DNA from: Malacoraja senta | Lineage: Eukaryota | Length of the DNA stretch: 64,000 nucleotides | Direction: 5' to 3' | Assembly (NCBI GenBank): GCA_038087875.1 | Contig: JAXLNO010000700.1 | Location: forward strand, 62,001-126,000 | Shown here: positions 49,410 to 63,009 of the stretch, piece by piece | Layout: every line of letters begins with the position of its first letter | How positions within the stretch are numbered: the first letter of the stretch is position 1 | The notes under the pieces: model-generated | What the model was told of the DNA's origin: nothing | The model's input: the letters and a program-made list of their open reading frames with translations, nothing else | Database searches by the model: none | Position numbers and translations under genes: made by a program

Positions 49410-49650
49410 AATAGACAATAGGTGCAGGAGAAGGCCATTCGGCTGTTCGAGCCAGCACCGCGCTGATCATCCACAATCAGTACCCCGTTCCTGCCTTCTC
49501 CCTATATCCCTTGACTCCGCTATCTTTAAGAATATCTAACTTGAAAGCATCCAGAGAACTGGCCTCCACTGCCTTCTGAGGCAAATTCCACAGATTCACA
49601 ACTCTGTGGGTGAAAACGTTTTTCCTCATCTCCGTTCTAAATGGCCTACC
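49410..49650 (-). mobile_element. CR1 3' end
   Basis: Matches 30995-31265. Confidence 0.75.
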
Positions 49651-50919
49651 TCATCTTGATCTCCTTCCCTCAATCTCTTAACTTCTCTTTTTTTTAAATT
49701 CCCCCATTTCTAGTTTACACTGTCAACTACATCCATTTTTCTCATCAATCCCCGTTTCACCACTTCTCCCACAAACTACCAACCTCCCCTCCCCTCATTA
49801 ACACGTGCTTTACAACTCTCCCACAAATTCCCTTCCTCTCCTTCCCTTCATCAACCAGTTTCACTACCTCTCTGACAAACTCCATGCCATCACTTCTCCT
49901 CTATCTACCACATTGCTCACCTCCTCTTCTCCAGTCAGCCCTCTAATTATTCTTCCCATTCATTCTTTCTTGTTCTTGCACTATCCATACTTTCAACAAA
50001 CTCAACCAGAAAAGGTGGCAAGTGGTGAACCCAATTAAATCCAAAATGGTGATTGCAATTAGAATGTTCTATGGCACATTTCTGTCAAGGAGAACTGACT
50101 AAGGAACAGCATCTTGACTCTACACTTACCCCACTGACAAAATACCTAGAAAGAGCACAAACTAAGTGCCACAAGTTGTATGGTCTCACTATTATGAGAA
50201 TATTCACATAATTCCCATTCTCACTTCCATGAAACATGATATTGCAGTAAAAGAGGATTTTCAATGATTACTTCTGTAGTACGATCATTTTTGTTGTAAA
50301 GGCAAACATGACAGCCATAAGCAGGTTCCAATGGCAGAACAAAAATATAAAACATCAGTTAATTTGTTTTGGATGCATTGCTAAGATTGAGAATAAAAAA
50401 ACTAGACTCTAGGGGAAATTTTGGCCAAGGTTAATATCATAGGAAAAAATAGATGGGTAAATACCTGAAAGATTTCATATCTCAAAATGAAATCCTTTTG
50501 TAGTAATGCCCTTAGTATCAGATTAGATTCTGTTTTCATTTCCTGGTGTGGGAATTGTGTCCACAAACAAGAAATTAAAATAGAAGCAATCCTTACAGCT
50601 GACCATCCGTTACAAAAGCACTTGGCTTCATTCCAAACAGCAGGAAATGTTGTTAATTTATAACTATTCTGGCTCACAAGGTTAACTAACTGTGACCCGA
50701 TCTCCACTCCGAACCTCTGGGTTGTTAGTGATTCTTTCTGATTATTATTTAAGGCATCATTGTTGGATGTATGCCTATTTTGGGTGGATGATGTGTTGAA
50801 AATGTACCCTGGTGCAATAATTAATTACGTCTTCAACCTTATTACTAAATCTGTGCAGACAAAGTCATACTAGTTTTCAATGTCTTTAGCAGAAATATGG
50901 CACAGCTTTGAACGAGTCA

Positions 50920-51247
50920 TAGCCCTGTCCCATGGTACGAGTTCATTCCAAGAGCTCTCCCGAGTTAAAAAAAAATCAAACTCGTGGTAAGCACGGAGAA
51001 TGAACATAGAGGGTAGGTCGGAGCTCGGGGACGTCTTTTAGCGGCTCGTAACGCTAACGGCAGGTACTCGGGAAGACTCGCTAACGGCAGGTAAGCATGG
51101 GAAGACTCGTGAAGATTTTGCAACGTTGAAAAATGTCCACGAGAGCCCCGAGTACCGACAAGTGGCCATTACCGTAAATCTCCGAGTTTGAATTAGGGCA
51201 AACTCGGGAGAGCTCTTGGAATGAACTCGTACCGTGGGACAGGGCTA
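50920..51247. mobile_element. PIF/Harbinger-type MITE
   Basis: Long TIRs TAGCCCTGTCCCA...TGGGACAGGGCTA. Flanks TCA/TTA. Confidence 0.8.
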
Positions 51248-51986
51248 TTACTCCCATGGACTTCAAGGAGGTGAACTAGCATGCCGTAATGCTTGGTGTG
51301 CGTGCCCAACATAATTTTACATATTGTCTTTGAGTGTCTTTGAAATACTTTGTGAATACACCGTTAAAAAAGACTGCTGAATGATAGAGGTTTCCTAAAT
51401 GTGTAGTATGAATTTTACTTTAAGTCCTGATAGAACTCATTCTTTTCAACGGACATACCTTTATGCCAACTTTCTCTTAAGCCAATTCTCACGGTTAACT
51501 CACAATAGTTTGCCTGAGAGGGAGAGAGAGATAAAGCCATCACCCGCCACATTTTATCTGTCAACATGAGTGCCCTGTTAAGGTTTATTATTGTCACGTG
51601 TACCGAGGTAGTGTGTAAAGATTGGTTTTGCATGCTATCCAATCAAATCAGATGTTATATCAGCTCTGAACAATCCTGTCAATCATTGTCTGAAATTAAT
51701 TCTTGGAACTACTGATTTATATTAGACCAAATGCTACCGGCATAGCTGTGAGCATAAACAGAACAAGGAATGGTGGCAGTCGTTGGAGGGGGGTGGGGGT
51801 GATGGTGATCAGGGTGTAGCTGAAATTACAGGGATCCTGTCCCTGGTTTACAAAAAAAGTTTAATGATGGGTCCTGACCCGAAACGTCACCTATCCATAT
51901 TCTCTAGAGATGCTGCCTGATCTGCTGAGTTACTCCAGCACTGTGTGTCTATACTTCTACCTAATGTTCAATTACTCGAGAATATT

Positions 51987-53027
51987 TAGCAATGTTACAA
52001 AATTTTGAGATTTTAAAAATAAAGTCTGCAACTTATCCCATCAGATAAAGCATAAAAAGAAGTTTAATTTGACACTTAATTCACTTTCATATCTTCAGTA
52101 TTAAAAAGGTTATGGCCATTATCATACTCAGAAATTAGCATCTAGTTCCCTATTGCTTTTCCATTGACTTAACACAAAAGCTGTGATCAAGGACAGTTAA
52201 AAGCCCATAACTTTCTTAAAAATTATGATAACTGAAAGAAATTTTCAGTTATTATAGATTGAAGCATTCTGAAACAAATATGAAACAATCTTACTTCGAA
52301 GACATGAAAGTAAAGCATATAATTAGTTAGCTACCTAATTGTAGCTAATTACAAAATTCAATTACTAGATCTAAACATCTATCAATTTCTTAAGAATAGA
52401 TTAACATTTTTAAATAGCCTAAGTGTCCAAATAACATTCACACAATAATTCACAATATAACATAATCTTTAAATCTAATTTTCATGAATTTACAGGCCAA
52501 ATGGAAGGAATTGAATGTTTAATACCTGTAAAATAATGGGGATTTAAATCATCTTGTGAGTGAGGATTTCTGGAAAGCGATCTTTTGGAACGTTCATTTG
52601 CGGTGAATTTAACCCCGTATTGGCATGAAAAATACTGCCGTTAATTCGGGGAATAAAATCACCGTGTCGCATGAAAAATTGTGAATTAAAGGCTTCTTAA
52701 GAAGCATTTTTATACATTTAAAGAAACCACTTTCGTTTACCTGTCCCGTGTGTGAAATCCGTCCCCGTTATCGGCGTTGACGCTTCAGGAGCTGATTTTA
52801 AAATTACTCTAGCGCTGACATTGACGATTTAATAAAAATAAAAAATACACAAATCGCCACTAGGAACTATTTGTCAGCCAACGCTTGTACTCCAACAAAA
52901 TATTAACCAGGACAAGGGAGGAGAAACCCGCGTTTTAACCCCGCCCCCCCTTAAAGGCGCCAAAATCGCGCACACGGCCAGTGGCAGAATTACAGCGCGA
53001 CTGAAGGTAAGTTTTGTAACATACCTA
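51987..53027. mobile_element. 1041-bp non-autonomous TIR DNA transposon, copy 2
   Basis: Same termini as copy 1. 7-bp TSD GAATATT (51980-51986 and 53028-53034). Confidence 0.9.
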
Positions 53028-53189
53028 GAATATTGCTTGGAAAAAGAATGCTGTGTCAAAGGGAGATAAGGGACTGATGTATTTTGTGTCTATCAAACTC
53101 GCTGAGTTATTCCAGCATTATTTGTCTATCAATTTTTTCCCCCCCAAAGATGCTGTATGACCCACTGAGTTACTCCAACATTTTGTATC

Positions 53190-53877
53190 TATTATCGGAG
53201 ATAAGGGATAGTTGTGTTCTTTGTTTCACTAAAATATGGCTCATCCCTGAAGCATCTGATCTTGCTACACAACCTTGCTCAACACCTCCGGGCTGCGGGA
53301 CTGCGGAGCGACCAGCCGCGGGCGGCGGGGCCGACTCCAACATCGGGAGCCTCTGAGCTCCAAATCGGTGCGGCCTGGTTGGCTTCAGGTGCCACGGACT
53401 CCAATAGATCAGCCGTCCCAGCCGCTGCGAGGACTCTCCCGACGCCGGGACAACTGCACCCGGCGAGAACGGCCAGGAACATCGGGCCGCCATAGAGGCA
53501 ACTGTGGAGGCCTCAATATGCCATCTTTGGGAGAACTGGGGTTGGGGACTGGACATTGTGCCTCCCCCCACAGTGGTAATCATTGTGGGGGAATGATTTT
53601 TGTGTGTAAATGTTAATTGATTGTTTTACTTTGTGTCCAAGATGGCTGCCGGAAGGGGGAGTGGACGCTGGCGCGTATTAGCAGCCGCTGCTCTCTCTTC
53701 CATACTGTGTTTTTGATTTTTGTGTTCGGATTGAATACTGTTTTTAATTTGTGTACTTGTGATGTCTTTACTATTAATTTCATTCCGCTTACATGTTTCT
53801 ACTGTAAAATCTGTAAGGTGTCCTTGAGATTTGAAAGGCGCCCATAAATAAAATGTATTATTATTATTATTATTATA
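53190..53877 (+). mobile_element. Retroposon remnant with APE-like fragment and L2-like 3' tail
   Basis: EIRDSCVLCFTKIWL remnant. Ends GTAAGGTGTCCTTGAG..GAAAGGCGCCCATAAATAAAATG(TAT)n. Confidence 0.5.
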
Positions 53878-53949
53878 ACCTAACTTTAGGAATGTATATC
53901 CCCAATACCATCTGCATGTCACCTGCCCCACGCACTGACGTCTGGACTT

Positions 53950-54395
53950 CTATTGACCTTTCTGTCCTGGGCCTCCTCCACTGTCAGAGTGAGGCCCAAC
54001 GCAAATTGGAGGAACAGCACCTCATATTTCGCTTGGGCAGCTTACAACCCAGCGGCATGAATATTGACTTCTTTAACTACAACTAACCCTTACTTTCCCC
54101 TCTCTCCATCCCTCTCCATCCTAGTTCTCCGACTGATTTGACTGTCCGCCTGATTAAATTTTACTGATTGCATGCCTCGTTGTCACCTTCCCATCTGCTA
54201 ACAATGATCTCTTCTACATTTCCCTTGAACTTCATCCCCTTTGATCTCTAATTTTCACACCTTACCCTTCCATACCCTTATGTCTCCCTCTCCCCTGACT
54301 CAGTCCGAAGAAGGGTCTTGACCCGAACGTCATCCATTCCTTCTCTCCAGAGATGCTGCCTGTCCCACTGAGTTACTCCTGCATTTTGTCTCTAC
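53950..54395 (+). mobile_element. Penelope 3' fragment with pLTR
   Basis: DLSVLGLLHCQSEAQRKLEEQHLIFRLGSLQPSGMNIDF followed by the pLTR. Confidence 0.85.
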
Positions 54396-55065
54396 AGGGG
54401 CTGAAAACCCGGGGGGGGGCCATGTCCCCTCCATGTTTTGAGAGGTGGGGGACATCCCCCCCAAGGTTTTGTAATCCGGATTTTAAAATCCGGTGATCGA
54501 GGGCGCCGATTGGAGGAGAGAGACGTCGGTCAGCAGGCAATGGGGGCGTGACATGATTCAGCGCGATGATTGGAGGAGGGAGGAGTGGGGAGGGGGGACT
54601 GAGGATAGAGCGCGGTGATTGGAGGAGGGAGACGTGGCACAGACCTGCGCTTCATCTGCAGGCAGGATCGATCCCGGCCGGGTCTCCGGCGCTGTCCCGA
54701 GTGCCCCCCCCCCCCCCCAGAGAGGTCGGCAGCAAAGATCATCCGCTATAGGATCTTTGGTCGGCAGTCAGACGGGCCAGCGCAGAGAAACAGCGCTAAA
54801 CCCAGCTAACTCTGCCTGTCCCGCCAGGTGAGCTTACAACCCTTCCTGGACTTGCGGGAAATATGGCCAGCGTGGAGAAGTAGCGCTGGTGTCCCGTCAG
54901 CCCAGCCAGGGCTGTAGTTAACCCGGTGAGACAGGCAGTTGAGCGGCATTTAGCACTGGATTGAGCCTCCGAAGCCTCGCGCGCGTGTGTGTGAGTGTGC
55001 GCATGGCCGCCAAAAAAATTGTGTCCCCCGTCCCCTCCATGTTTTGATAGCGAGTTCCGCTCTTA
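54396..55065. mobile_element. GC-rich probable non-autonomous DNA transposon
   Basis: Starts CAGGGGC. TCCCCTCCATGTTTTGA is repeated near both ends. Internal GATTGGAGGAG repeats. TIR is imperfect and no TSD was seen. Confidence 0.4.
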
Positions 55066-55252
55066 GGCACTTGAAGAAAAAATTATCTACAGGCAATGTT
55101 GAAAGAGCAGTGGTGGTTTCATACCGACTGAATTGCGTGTGAAGTGCCAATGGATTGGACCTAAAGACTTCCTCCTGTGCTGTAACGATTCTACAATGTA
55201 AGAGCAGCATTTAATAGTATCGGATATTAAAAACTGGACATGCGTTTAGATT

Positions 55253-57250
55253 GGGTTATCAAACCCGCCGACAGGGGAGGTGCCGTGGTAGTCTGGCGCG
55301 TCGATCTCTACAAAGCTGAGGCCACGCGCCAACTCTCGGACACCTCCTCCTACTTACCCCTGGACCATGACCCCACTGATGAGCACCAGGCCACCATCTC
55401 CAGCACCATCCCCGACTTCATCCACTCCCACGCCCTGCCTCCAATCTCATCGTTCCCCAGCCCCGCACGGCCCGATTTTACCTTCTCCCCAAAATCCACA
55501 AACCTGACTGTCCCGGTAGACCCATTGTCTCTGCCTGTTCGTGCCCCACTGAACTCATCTCCGCCTACCTCGACTCCATCCTATCCCCCTTGGTTAAATC
55601 CCTCCCTACCTATGTTCAAGACACCTCAGACACTCTCCGTCGTCTGCGCGCATTCCACTCTCTAGGCCCTCACCCCCTCATCTTCACCATGGACGTCCAG
55701 TCATTGTACACCTCCATCCCCCACCAGGATGGTCTCGAAGCCCTCCGGTTTTTCCTCGACCGAAGAAGCAACCTATATCCGGCCACTGACACCCTCCTCC
55801 GCCTAGCGGAGCTGGTCCTTACCCTCAATAACTTCTCATTTGACTCCTCCCATTTCCTCCAAATACAAGGCGTAGCTATGGGCACACGCATGGGCCCCAG
55901 CTACGCCTGCCTCTTTGTCGGGTACGTAGAACAATCCTTCTTCAATGCGTACCAGGGCCCCATCCCCGACCTCTACCTCCGCTACATCGATGACTGTTTT
56001 GGTGCCACATCCTGCACCCACACACAACTGACTGACTTCATCCGCTTCACCACCAACTTCCATCCGGCACTCAAATACACCTGGACCATTTCCGACACTT
56101 CCCTACCATTCCTTGACCTCACTATCTCCATCGCAGGTGATAGACTTCTTATCGACATCCACTACAAACCTACCGACTCCCATGGCTATCTAGACTACAC
56201 TTCTTCCCACCCTGCTTCCTGTAAGGACTCCATCCCCCACTCTCAATTCCTCCGTCTACGCCGCATCTGCTCCCAGGATGAGGCGTTCCACACCAGCGCA
56301 TCCGAAATGTCCTCATTCTTCAGGGAACGGGGGTTCTCCTCCTCCACCATAGATGAGGCTCACACCAGGGTCTCTGCCATACCCCGCAACACTGCTCTCT
56401 CTCCCCATCCCCCCACTCACAACAAGGGCAGAGTCCCCCTAGTCCTCACCTTTCACCCCACCAGCCGTCACATACAAGTGATCCTCCGTCAGTTTCGCCA
56501 CCTCCAACGTGATCCCACCACTCGCCACATCTTCCCATCTCCCCCCATGTCTGCCTTCCGCAAAGACCGCTCCCTCCGTAACTCCCTTGTCAATTCTTCC
56601 ATTCCCTCCCGTACCACCCCCTCCCCGGGTACTTTCCCTTGCAACCGCAAGAGATGCAACACTTGTCCCTTCACCTCCCCCCTCGATTCCATTCAAGGAC
56701 CCAAGCAGTCGTTCCAGGTGCGACAGAGGTTCACCTGCATCTCCTCCAACCTCATCTATTGCATCCGCTGCTCTAGATTTCAGCTGATCTACATCGGTGA
56801 GACCAAGCGGAGGCTTGGCGATCGTTTCGCCGAACACCTCCGGTCGGTCCGCAATAACCTACCTGACCTCCCGGTGGCTCAGCACTTCAACTCCCCCTCC
56901 CATTCCGTATCTGACCTCTCTGTCCTGGGTCTCCTCCATGGCCACACCGAGCAACACCGGAAATTGGAGGAAATGCACCTCAGTCTACATCCTGGGGGCA
57001 TGTCTACATCCTGGGGGCATGAACATTGAATTCTCCCAACTCTGCTAGCCCTTGCTGTCCCCTCCCCTTCATCAGCCCTCTGGATGTCTCCTCCCATCCC
57101 CCAGCCCTCGGGCTCCTCCTCCGCCTTTTTTCCTTTCTTCTCCCCACCCCCTATCAGTCTGAAGAAGGGTTTCGGCCCAAAACGTTGCCTATTTCCTTCG
57201 CTCCATAGATGCTGCTGCACCCGCTGAATTTCTCCAGCATTTTTGTGTAC
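55253..57250 (+). mobile_element. 5'-truncated Penelope-like retroelement (RT + GIY-YIG), defective
   Basis: RT motifs IKPADRGG, TMDVQSLYT, GVAMGTRMGP and YLRYIDD. CNRKRCNTC linker. LIYC...IYIGETKRRL endonuclease. 14-bp TSD CATGCGTTTAGATT (55239-55252 and 57251-57264). Frameshift near 55430. Confidence 0.95.
57159..57186 (+). ncRNA. Hammerhead-like motif in the Penelope pLTR (G12>A variant)
   Basis: CUGAAGA-A-GGGU(UUCG)GCCC-AAAAC-GUU. Confidence 0.45.
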
Positions 57251-57669
57251 CATGCGTTTAGATTAATGGCCAAATTCTTCCAGTGCTCCATTCAGCATTT
57301 CCGTAAATTCAGGTCTCTGTAACTCTACAGGTGAAAGGCAAGGAATGGCTCATTATCTTGTTCAGTCAAAGAAAAGGTCCACTTACAATGGCTGGAAGTT
57401 ATAGACAATACCTTTTCTTCAGGTTCCTGGAACTACCTTGTTATTTCAAAGGTCAAAGGTCTTTTATTGTCTCATGTACCAATTAAGGTAGTGATATGCA
57501 AATTACCATACAGCCATACGAAAAAAAAGCAACAAGACACACATCCACATAAAAGTTAACATAAACATCCACCACAGCAGATTCCCCACATTCCTCACTG
57601 TGATGGAAGGCAAAAAGTCCAATCCTCTTCCCTGTTCAACTGTAGCCAATCCAAACTATCACCGAGCAT

Positions 57670-57990
57670 AAATACAAATTGCTGGAGTAGCTCAGTGGGT
57701 CAGGCAGCATCTCTGGAGAAAAAGAATAGGTGATGTTTTGGGTCAAGACCCTTCTTAAGACAGAGTCAGGGGAGAAGAAAAATAGAGGTATGAAAAGGTC
57801 CAGAACAAATTAGAGTTGGCACTGATGACCAAGGAAAGGTGGAGCCCTCAATGGTCCATTGTTGCCTGTGGAAGAAGTGATAACGAAGGGATATAAACAG
57901 TGAAACTAGCAGGACGACCAAGGTGGGGGAGGGGTGGAGAAAGAGGGAATGCAAGGCTAATTGAAATGAGAGAAATCAATATTCACACTG
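57670..57990 (-). mobile_element. Penelope pLTR fragment
   Basis: Reverse complement of sequence resembling 36640-36990. Confidence 0.75.
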
Positions 57991-59599
57991 AGCAATCAGT
58001 GATAAACAATCTACAACTAACACCATACTTGCTCTGTTTGTGATCTATTGCAAGATTGTGAAGTAATACATATGAACAATGGTGTTGAATATTTGCTGCT
58101 GCTGCACCATCTAGCGTGAATATTTAGTAGGTTCATTTTACTGAAATATGTTTTATGTGCATAATTAAATGCACAACACTAGATGACTGTGGATGCAAAG
58201 TTTTCATTTGCTTTCTGTGGATTCACCTATTGCTCAACATCCAAAGGTCAGTTTGCAATTAAATAAATTAGGAATGTGTAGCCGACAGAAATGCAAGATA
58301 TTTGCCTGTTGCAGTAATAATGGTAGATTATAAATCCTGTGCACATAATGCAAGAAAGGCCCACCACCTAATATAGGAAACAAGGAGTGATAAATGTAGG
58401 AAATACTCAGAGCAAAAATGGACAGAGAAACAGAATTTATGCGGCAGATTGATGATATTTCTTCAGACTTGAGAAAATTTGAAAAATAAAACTTAAAATG
58501 TATTCTTCATAACCATCTAATATTTTCAGCATGTTCTCTATTTATTCTCTTTCAAGCATGTGCATTGTTTTCTTTACTTTGTAAACAACCTGTACTTACA
58601 GACAAGGACATTCTATAAAACATGCTCAAATCCTAAAATGTTATTTTACTGTCCTGGGAAAATTGCAATATACTTTCCTAATCTCGTCATTCTTGTACAA
58701 CATAGGAGACCATTTAACCCATCAAGTCTATGTCAGCTCTCAGAATGCTCTCACCAGTATCATTCCTCCATTAATTAAATTCTCTCATCAACTCCTCTGG
58801 ATTATCCAACCCATATGCACTGGGGGCAGTTTACAATAACCAGTTAACAATGCATCTTTGGGATGGAGGAGGTGACCAAAGCACATGAGGGAAATCTATG
58901 AGATGACAGGGAGAACTTCCAAACTCTACAGATAGCACCCAGGACCAGGATCACTGGAACTGTGCTGTTGCATGTCTATACCATTTCTTTAATCTTCTCA
59001 ATTGGAATTACTCAGTGGATCAGGCAACATCTGTTGAGAGAGAAACAGGGATAAAGTCGACTTTGATGAACTTTAAAAAGGTTAGATTTTTTTTTAAAGT
59101 ACAGAAACAATTAAAATCCTGCCATCCAAGTCAATTTTGTGATCATCATCACAGTGTTTAGATTAATTGACAACAAATGGAACCCCATCATGGTTCCTGG
59201 AGGTAAGAAAATTGGAAGTTCTGGAAATGGAATGAACATAGCAAGCATCTGGGGAATCACTATGGAAGTGGATTATTTGCTGAGGAAATGGCCATACAAA
59301 TTGGAAGTAGTGGTATGAAAGTGACAGTATAAGAACAAGTGTAATGCAGACAGGAAGATTAAGAGAATGGAATAGAGTCCAAAGTGAAAAGTGTATTCAA
59401 AATTATTGTCGAAGTGAGTGGACTTCCAGAAGGTATTTATTTATATCCCCCAATCAGAGATGGAAACGTCAAAGGAAGGAAGGGAAAAGTCAGGAGGTGA
59501 TAATTTGAAAGTAAAGGATGGTGGAAATTGAAACACCTGGTTACTAAGTTTCAGCAATAAACAAGATCGGGAAGCAGTAGTTTAGAAATATATTGTGAA

Positions 59600-59860
59600 A
59601 ACAGGCCATTCGGCCCTCCAAGTCCATACCAACCATCAATAAGCCATACAGTAGTTCCGTCCTACATGTTAGGGACAATTTACAAAAGCCAATTAACCTA
59701 CAAACCTGCACATCTTTGGAATGTGGGAGGAAACCGGAGCACAGAGAAAACCCACATGGTCACAAGCAGAATGTATAACCTCAATACAACAGCCTGTAGT
59801 CAGGATCGAACCTGGGTCACAGGTGCCATAAGGCAGCAACTCCACAGCTGTGCTGCACTG
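59600..59860 (-). mobile_element. V-SINE/HE1-like SINE
   Basis: GGATCGAACCTGGGTC (B-box on minus) plus V-type core. Confidence 0.75.
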
Positions 59861-61487
59861 CCGTACTTGTACCAGAAAAAGAGGTGAAAGAAAAGATAAC
59901 ATAGGACTGGAACAAAAGAAACTACATTTCCTGGAAAAATGGATTTCAGTCAAGGCTGTTCAATGTAAGAAAGTCTTCCCAGAGGGAAGATGGAAGGTGG
60001 TGGTGTTGGAAGAGGTCTACTTAGGCCCCTGTTCAAGGAAGAAATGCAGCCCCTGGTTGCCCTGATGAGAGATGTGATGTAAACAAAATGTAGCAAGTAA
60101 GTTCATTAACTTTTCAATTTAAGAAGGAAATTAAATATACAACTCTTCAACTTGCATTACAATTTCAAATAATTTAGCTAAGATGACAGGCTACCATAAT
60201 AAATAAAGCTATTTATATTCATTGTTTTGTTCGGTGGTTTGCAAACTGTAAATTATATTTTCATTTTACAGCAATGAAAACATAATGCATTGTATGTTCT
60301 GAGAGTAATAATGGTGAGGTTAACAGCATTTATTATTCTAAATTGGATAAAAAGGTTGTCCAGTCAGAGAGGGTGAGGCAGTCAATCCCAGAAGCCTAGA
60401 TGACCTGAATACAAGGCTGCAAGAAACTCAGTAATTAATCAAAACGGCCAAGTTCAATGAATGCATCTATATCCTATAGATTCTATATCCTAATAATAGC
60501 TCCAGAAGTTGAGTATCATTTAATTGCCAATTTCTACTGATTCACTATAGTTGCTTTTAAGTTATATCACAGCTTGATTTGGGAACAGCTCTGCCCAAGA
60601 TCGCAAGAAATTGTAGAGAGCTGTGTCTATCACACAGACCAGACTCCCCACCATTGACTCCATCTACATTTCACGTTGTGTCAGGAAATCAGCCAATATT
60701 AACAAGGACATTTTCTGCACCTTGGTAATTTTTCTCTTTGCTCTACCTGTTGTACTTGTTTGGCTTGATTGTATTCATATATAGCATTATTTAATTTGAT
60801 TAGATAGCACACAAACAAAATATTTTCACTGTATATTGGGTCACGTGACAATAATAAACCTAACCTATTCACTACACCCTCATTACACACCAACCAAAAA
60901 TCCCAGTCAATCAGGTCATTTATGCTGCACTGAGCTGACTTGTGGAAATAGTACAACTTTCAAATCTATTTCCCAGTGCTTGTATTGATTGTAAAACCGC
61001 ATAGCCATATGAGCCAATTCCCCCAAACAATCTGCACAACATACAGACATGCACAACATACAGGATATTCTGTACGCTCTCTCTAGCAAGATAAAGGTGG
61101 TACCCAATTTGAAGTGGCAGAGGAGAACTGGAGGTGGACTGGTGCACTTGCGTGTCATAATCGACATGGAAAATATTATATTGTTCATTATTAGGATGGT
61201 GGTTGTTGAGGTTATGGACCAAAACTATTCAAAATATTGGATATCCTCATAGCCAATCTTCCATCTCGCATCTTAAACCTAAATTACCAACGATAACATG
61301 GAATGACACAATGTAGAAACAAAGAACTGCAAAATCTGTTTAATACACAATATGCTGGAGTAAGTCACCATGTTAGGTAGCACCTCTGGAGGACATGGAT
61401 AGGTGATGTTTCAGACTTAAGAATGGTCCCAACCTAAAATGTCACCTATCCATGTTCTCCAGAGATGTTGCCTGACCTGCTGAGTTA

Positions 61488-61780
61488 AGGCCCTGTCCCA
61501 CTTTCCCGAGTTACTCACGAACTCTTCCGAGTTTTCTCCTTGATTCGAACACGGGGAATGTCGGGCTCGTAGATGTTTTGTAGTGGCTCGTAATGCCAGC
61601 CGTAGGAACTCGGGGCATCAGGTAAGTCAGGACGTTTTTTCAACATGTTGAAAAATGTCCATGAGTTAAAGAAACAGCCCTGAGTATCTACGAATGGCTA
61701 TTACCGTAATTCTCCGAGTTCGAATCAAGGGGAAAACTCGGGAGAGTTCGTGAGTAACTCGGGAAAGTGGGACAGGGCCT
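61488..61780. mobile_element. PIF/Harbinger-type MITE inserted in a pLTR element
   Basis: TIRs AGGCCCTGTCCCACTTTCCCGAGTTACTCACGAACTCT. TTA TSD. Removing the element restores GCTGAGTTACTCCA. Confidence 0.88.
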
Positions 61781-62188
61781 TTACTCCACACTTTGTGTCC
61801 TTTTGTGTATTAACCAGCATCTGTAGTTCTTTGTTTCTACATTCAATGTTTTCATTGGTAATTGTGGTAAAGGTATTGACGTAGACAACATTATGTTACT
61901 AAATCCATCGTTGTTCTTTACAAATAGCTGTCTCGCCAAAGAACATGCACATGATAATAGTAATAACCATTTATTCAAACCCGCCCACTTCAACAATTAT
62001 GTAACATGTATATACCATCAACTGGAAAAACACTTTAGTCTTTCATCATCAATTGGAATATTGCCATGGATTTATGGGACACAACACAGATTTTTCCCAC
62101 AGTATAGACTGCTTGCCTTTGCTCTATATTGGAGTTGCCCAATGCGGGGCGTACTTTTTCTGGATGACCTGGAGCGCTAATTATGATT

Positions 62189-62427
62189 TAGAAACAAGGA
62201 ACTGCAGATGCCGGTTTACAAAAAAAGACACAAAGTGCTGGAGTAACTCAGCAGGTCAGGCAGCATTCCTGGGAAACATGGATAAGCGATGTTTTGGGTC
62301 GGCACCTTTCTTCAGACTTATCTGCCAGGAGTCTAAGAATGGTCCCCAATCCAAAACGTCGCCTCCCCATGTTGCACAGGGATGCTGCCTGACCCGCTGA
62401 ATTACTCCAGCACTTTGTGTCTTTTTT
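62189..62427. mobile_element. Inverted pair of Penelope pLTR elements
   Basis: AAAAAGACACAAAGTGCTGGAGTAA... and ...TTACTCCAGCACTTTGTGTCTTTTT form a fold-back. Confidence 0.8.
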
Positions 62428-63009
62428 AGTTTATATTGCACTGTTTGCTTTTCTTGACTAGTCTCAGTCACCTTACATCTTTCTCTGTCTTCGTCTCAAT
62501 TTATCTGAGTTTACCTCTCCAAGTAACCTGAAGTTTGGCCTTTTCACCAGATTAATTTAGCAAATAAAAAGTAAAACACCCAGATCGTTATCATAAACAT
62601 TGACTTTTCTGAATGCCACCATGTCGTTTTACCAACATTCAAAAAAGGTTAAAATACTCAGTTAACCAAGGCATGTATTGAGATCACATTTCCAATAATT
62701 GTATTTCTATGTAATTTACTGATCAAAAATTGCATTACATACATATAATTTCCCAATTAGTCACATATGCCACCGTGGAAAAGGCAGTGATGTGGTGGTT
62801 TACATTGAAAACAGACAATTTTATGGGTTTCGCAGGAATGACCCCCTAGTTGCATTTAGATATTTTTAGTCTCCCTACTTTTGATATTTCCTCCCAAAGA
62901 GTCTGTAATACCCTGTTACTTCAGATAACCTGTCCCCATAACACCTGGGGGGCTGTAACCAGGTGGTGGGTGCAATAGGAATCAGCGGCAAATGAATTCC
63001 ACCATTCTG

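Noticed and set aside
45481..53027. LTR retrotransposon bounded by two 1-kb direct repeats
   Set aside because: Each repeat has its own TIRs and TSD, the ends are not TG...CA, and no gag/pol lies between them.
59100..61260. Possible host exons (e.g. ORF 60916-61188)
   Set aside because: They look like very old Penelope RT/GIY-YIG remnants and are too degraded to annotate confidently.
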